Part shown: in pieces, positions 63,002 to 64,000 of the stretch
How the letters are laid out: each line of letters begins with the position of its first letter
How positions within the stretch are numbered: position 1 is the stretch's first letter
From: Oscillospiraceae bacterium
GTDB taxonomy: Bacteria > Bacillota > Clostridia > Oscillospirales > Oscillospiraceae
Assembly: GCA_017541995.1 (NCBI GenBank)
Contig: JAFXYD010000070.1
Span: 508-64,507 of the forward strand
Reading direction: 5' to 3'
Length of the DNA stretch: 64,000 nucleotides
Position numbers and translations under genes: made by a program
The notes under the pieces: model-generated
The model's input: only the letters and a program-made list of their open reading frames with translations
The model's database searches: none
Told to the model about the DNA's origin: nothing

Positions 63002-64000
63002 ATGAAGAAAATGTCCAAGCTTCTTGCTCTGATGCTGGCTCTGGTCATGGTTCTGGCGCTGTTCGCAGGCTGCAACAACACCCCCACTGAGACCACCAAG
63101 CCCGCTACCCCCGACACCGGCAAACAGGGCGAGACCACCGCTGCCCCCATCGACACGACTCCCGTTGACACCACGCCCGCTACCACCGAAGAGCCTGCTC
63201 CCCCTGAGTATGTTCCCACTGCTGCTCAGATGGTCGCCGGCAAGACCTACGACGAGAACGGCGAAGGCGACTACCAGTCTCTGTACTCCAAGTTCGGCAA
63301 GGAAGCTTCCATTGCTGACGTTGAGGAAGATCCCGAGACCGGTCTGGCCTACTACAACGCTCCCGACGGCAACCAGTACGAGCTTGGTCTGGACTTCCTG
63401 ACCATGGCCATGGTGTACAACACCTCCACCGAAGGCACCGACTTCGCCACTGAGGACGAGGTCTACGCCGAGTGGTGGAAGTTCTACATCACCCGCTGGA
63501 ACCACCTGCTCCCCGAGATCCCCCTGTACTCCAACGAGTACTACGATGTCTACAACGCCAAGATCAAGGGCGTTGAAGAGCATCCCACCAACCCCTTCTG
63601 GAGCCCCGCCAGCGCTCTGATCGACTGGTCCTCCGAGAAGGAAGACGGCTCCTTCATCATGGGCAGCTCCACCGACCTGTCCGGCAAGTTCCGTTACTCC
63701 TCCTTCGGCTCCTCCAGCCCCGGCTCCTCCGACAACGACGTCTACAACCTGATCACCGGTCTGGAGACTGTTGTCACCACCAAGGAAGGCGGCTATGAGG
63801 TCAACCCCACCGTTACCAAGGATCTCCAGGTCACCGAGAATGAAGACGGCACCGCCACCTTCACCATCACCATCTACGACGATCTGAAGTTCTCCGACGG
63901 CAGCCCTGTCACCGCCAAGAACTACCTGTACTTCCCCATGGCGTTCTCCACCCCCATCGCCACCGAGGCCGCCAGCCGTGACGCCCGCTCCATGCTGAGC
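63002..64000 (+). CDS. ABC transporter substrate-binding lipoprotein (family 5 / peptide-type, tentative), 3'-truncated by window edge
   Basis: Not in the ORF track because there is no stop in the window. AGGAGG RBS. Lipobox LALFAGCNN. Frame open for 333 codons with strong C-ending codon bias. IYDDLKFSDGSPVTAKNYLY motif. Confidence 0.7.
   Translation, partial: MKKMSKLLALMLALVMVLALFAGCNNTPTETTKPATPDTGKQGETTAAPIDTTPVDTTPATTEEPAPPEYVPTAAQMVAGKTYDENGEGDYQSLYSKFGKEASIADVEEDPETGLAYYNAPDGNQYELGLDFLTMAMVYNTSTEGTDFATEDEVYAEWWKFYITRWNHLLPEIPLYSNEYYDVYNAKIKGVEEHPTNPFWSPASALIDWSSEKEDGSFIMGSSTDLSGKFRYSSFGSSSPGSSDNDVYNLITGLETVVTTKEGGYEVNPTVTKDLQVTENEDGTATFTITIYDDLKFSDGSPVTAKNYLYFPMAFSTPIATEAASRDARSMLS

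Overview
GC-rich chromosomal segment from a spore-forming Clostridia, probably Oscillospiraceae-like. This is inferred from gene order (scpA-scpB-DUF2953-ytfJ, cmk-plsC-ispH/S1, ylxM-ffh-rpsP-KH-rimM-trmD) and from spoIIID, a SpoVB-like flippase and CotH. The first ~3.5 kb has lower GC and is the right end of an integrative mobilizable element (MOBP-type relaxase, tyrosine integrase) abutting tRNA-Thr(CGU). After that come an Lsa-like ABC-F gene with an attenuator-type leader, peptidases, a 1083-aa secreted clan-CD-protease-like protein with an internal duplication, an envelope gene cluster, a CotH/VTC/DUF4956 module, a csoR-copA copper operon, and a low-GC two-gene island (SLH+CHAP hydrolase). 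The most unusual signal is not a gene. It is a modular family of short repeats: heptanucleotide arrays (GCAACAG, GGGATCR/GGGAATC, GAGAATT, TTGAAAA, ATGAAAA-like) combined with nested palindromes (CGTAGSGGC...GCCSCTACG hairpins, CAAATCCCGATTTGC, CCTTCCCCTTGAGGGGAAGG). These fill several intergenic spacers. They are also inserted in frame, without stops, inside conserved housekeeping genes (rluB-like, an HI0933-like oxidoreductase, plsC, scpB, copA). They supply the stop codons of two genes, and one tract breaks the copA reading frame. Many very long ORFs in the supplied track are antisense artefacts of the GC-rich sequence and were rejected. All product calls rest on motif recognition by eye; no database search was run.
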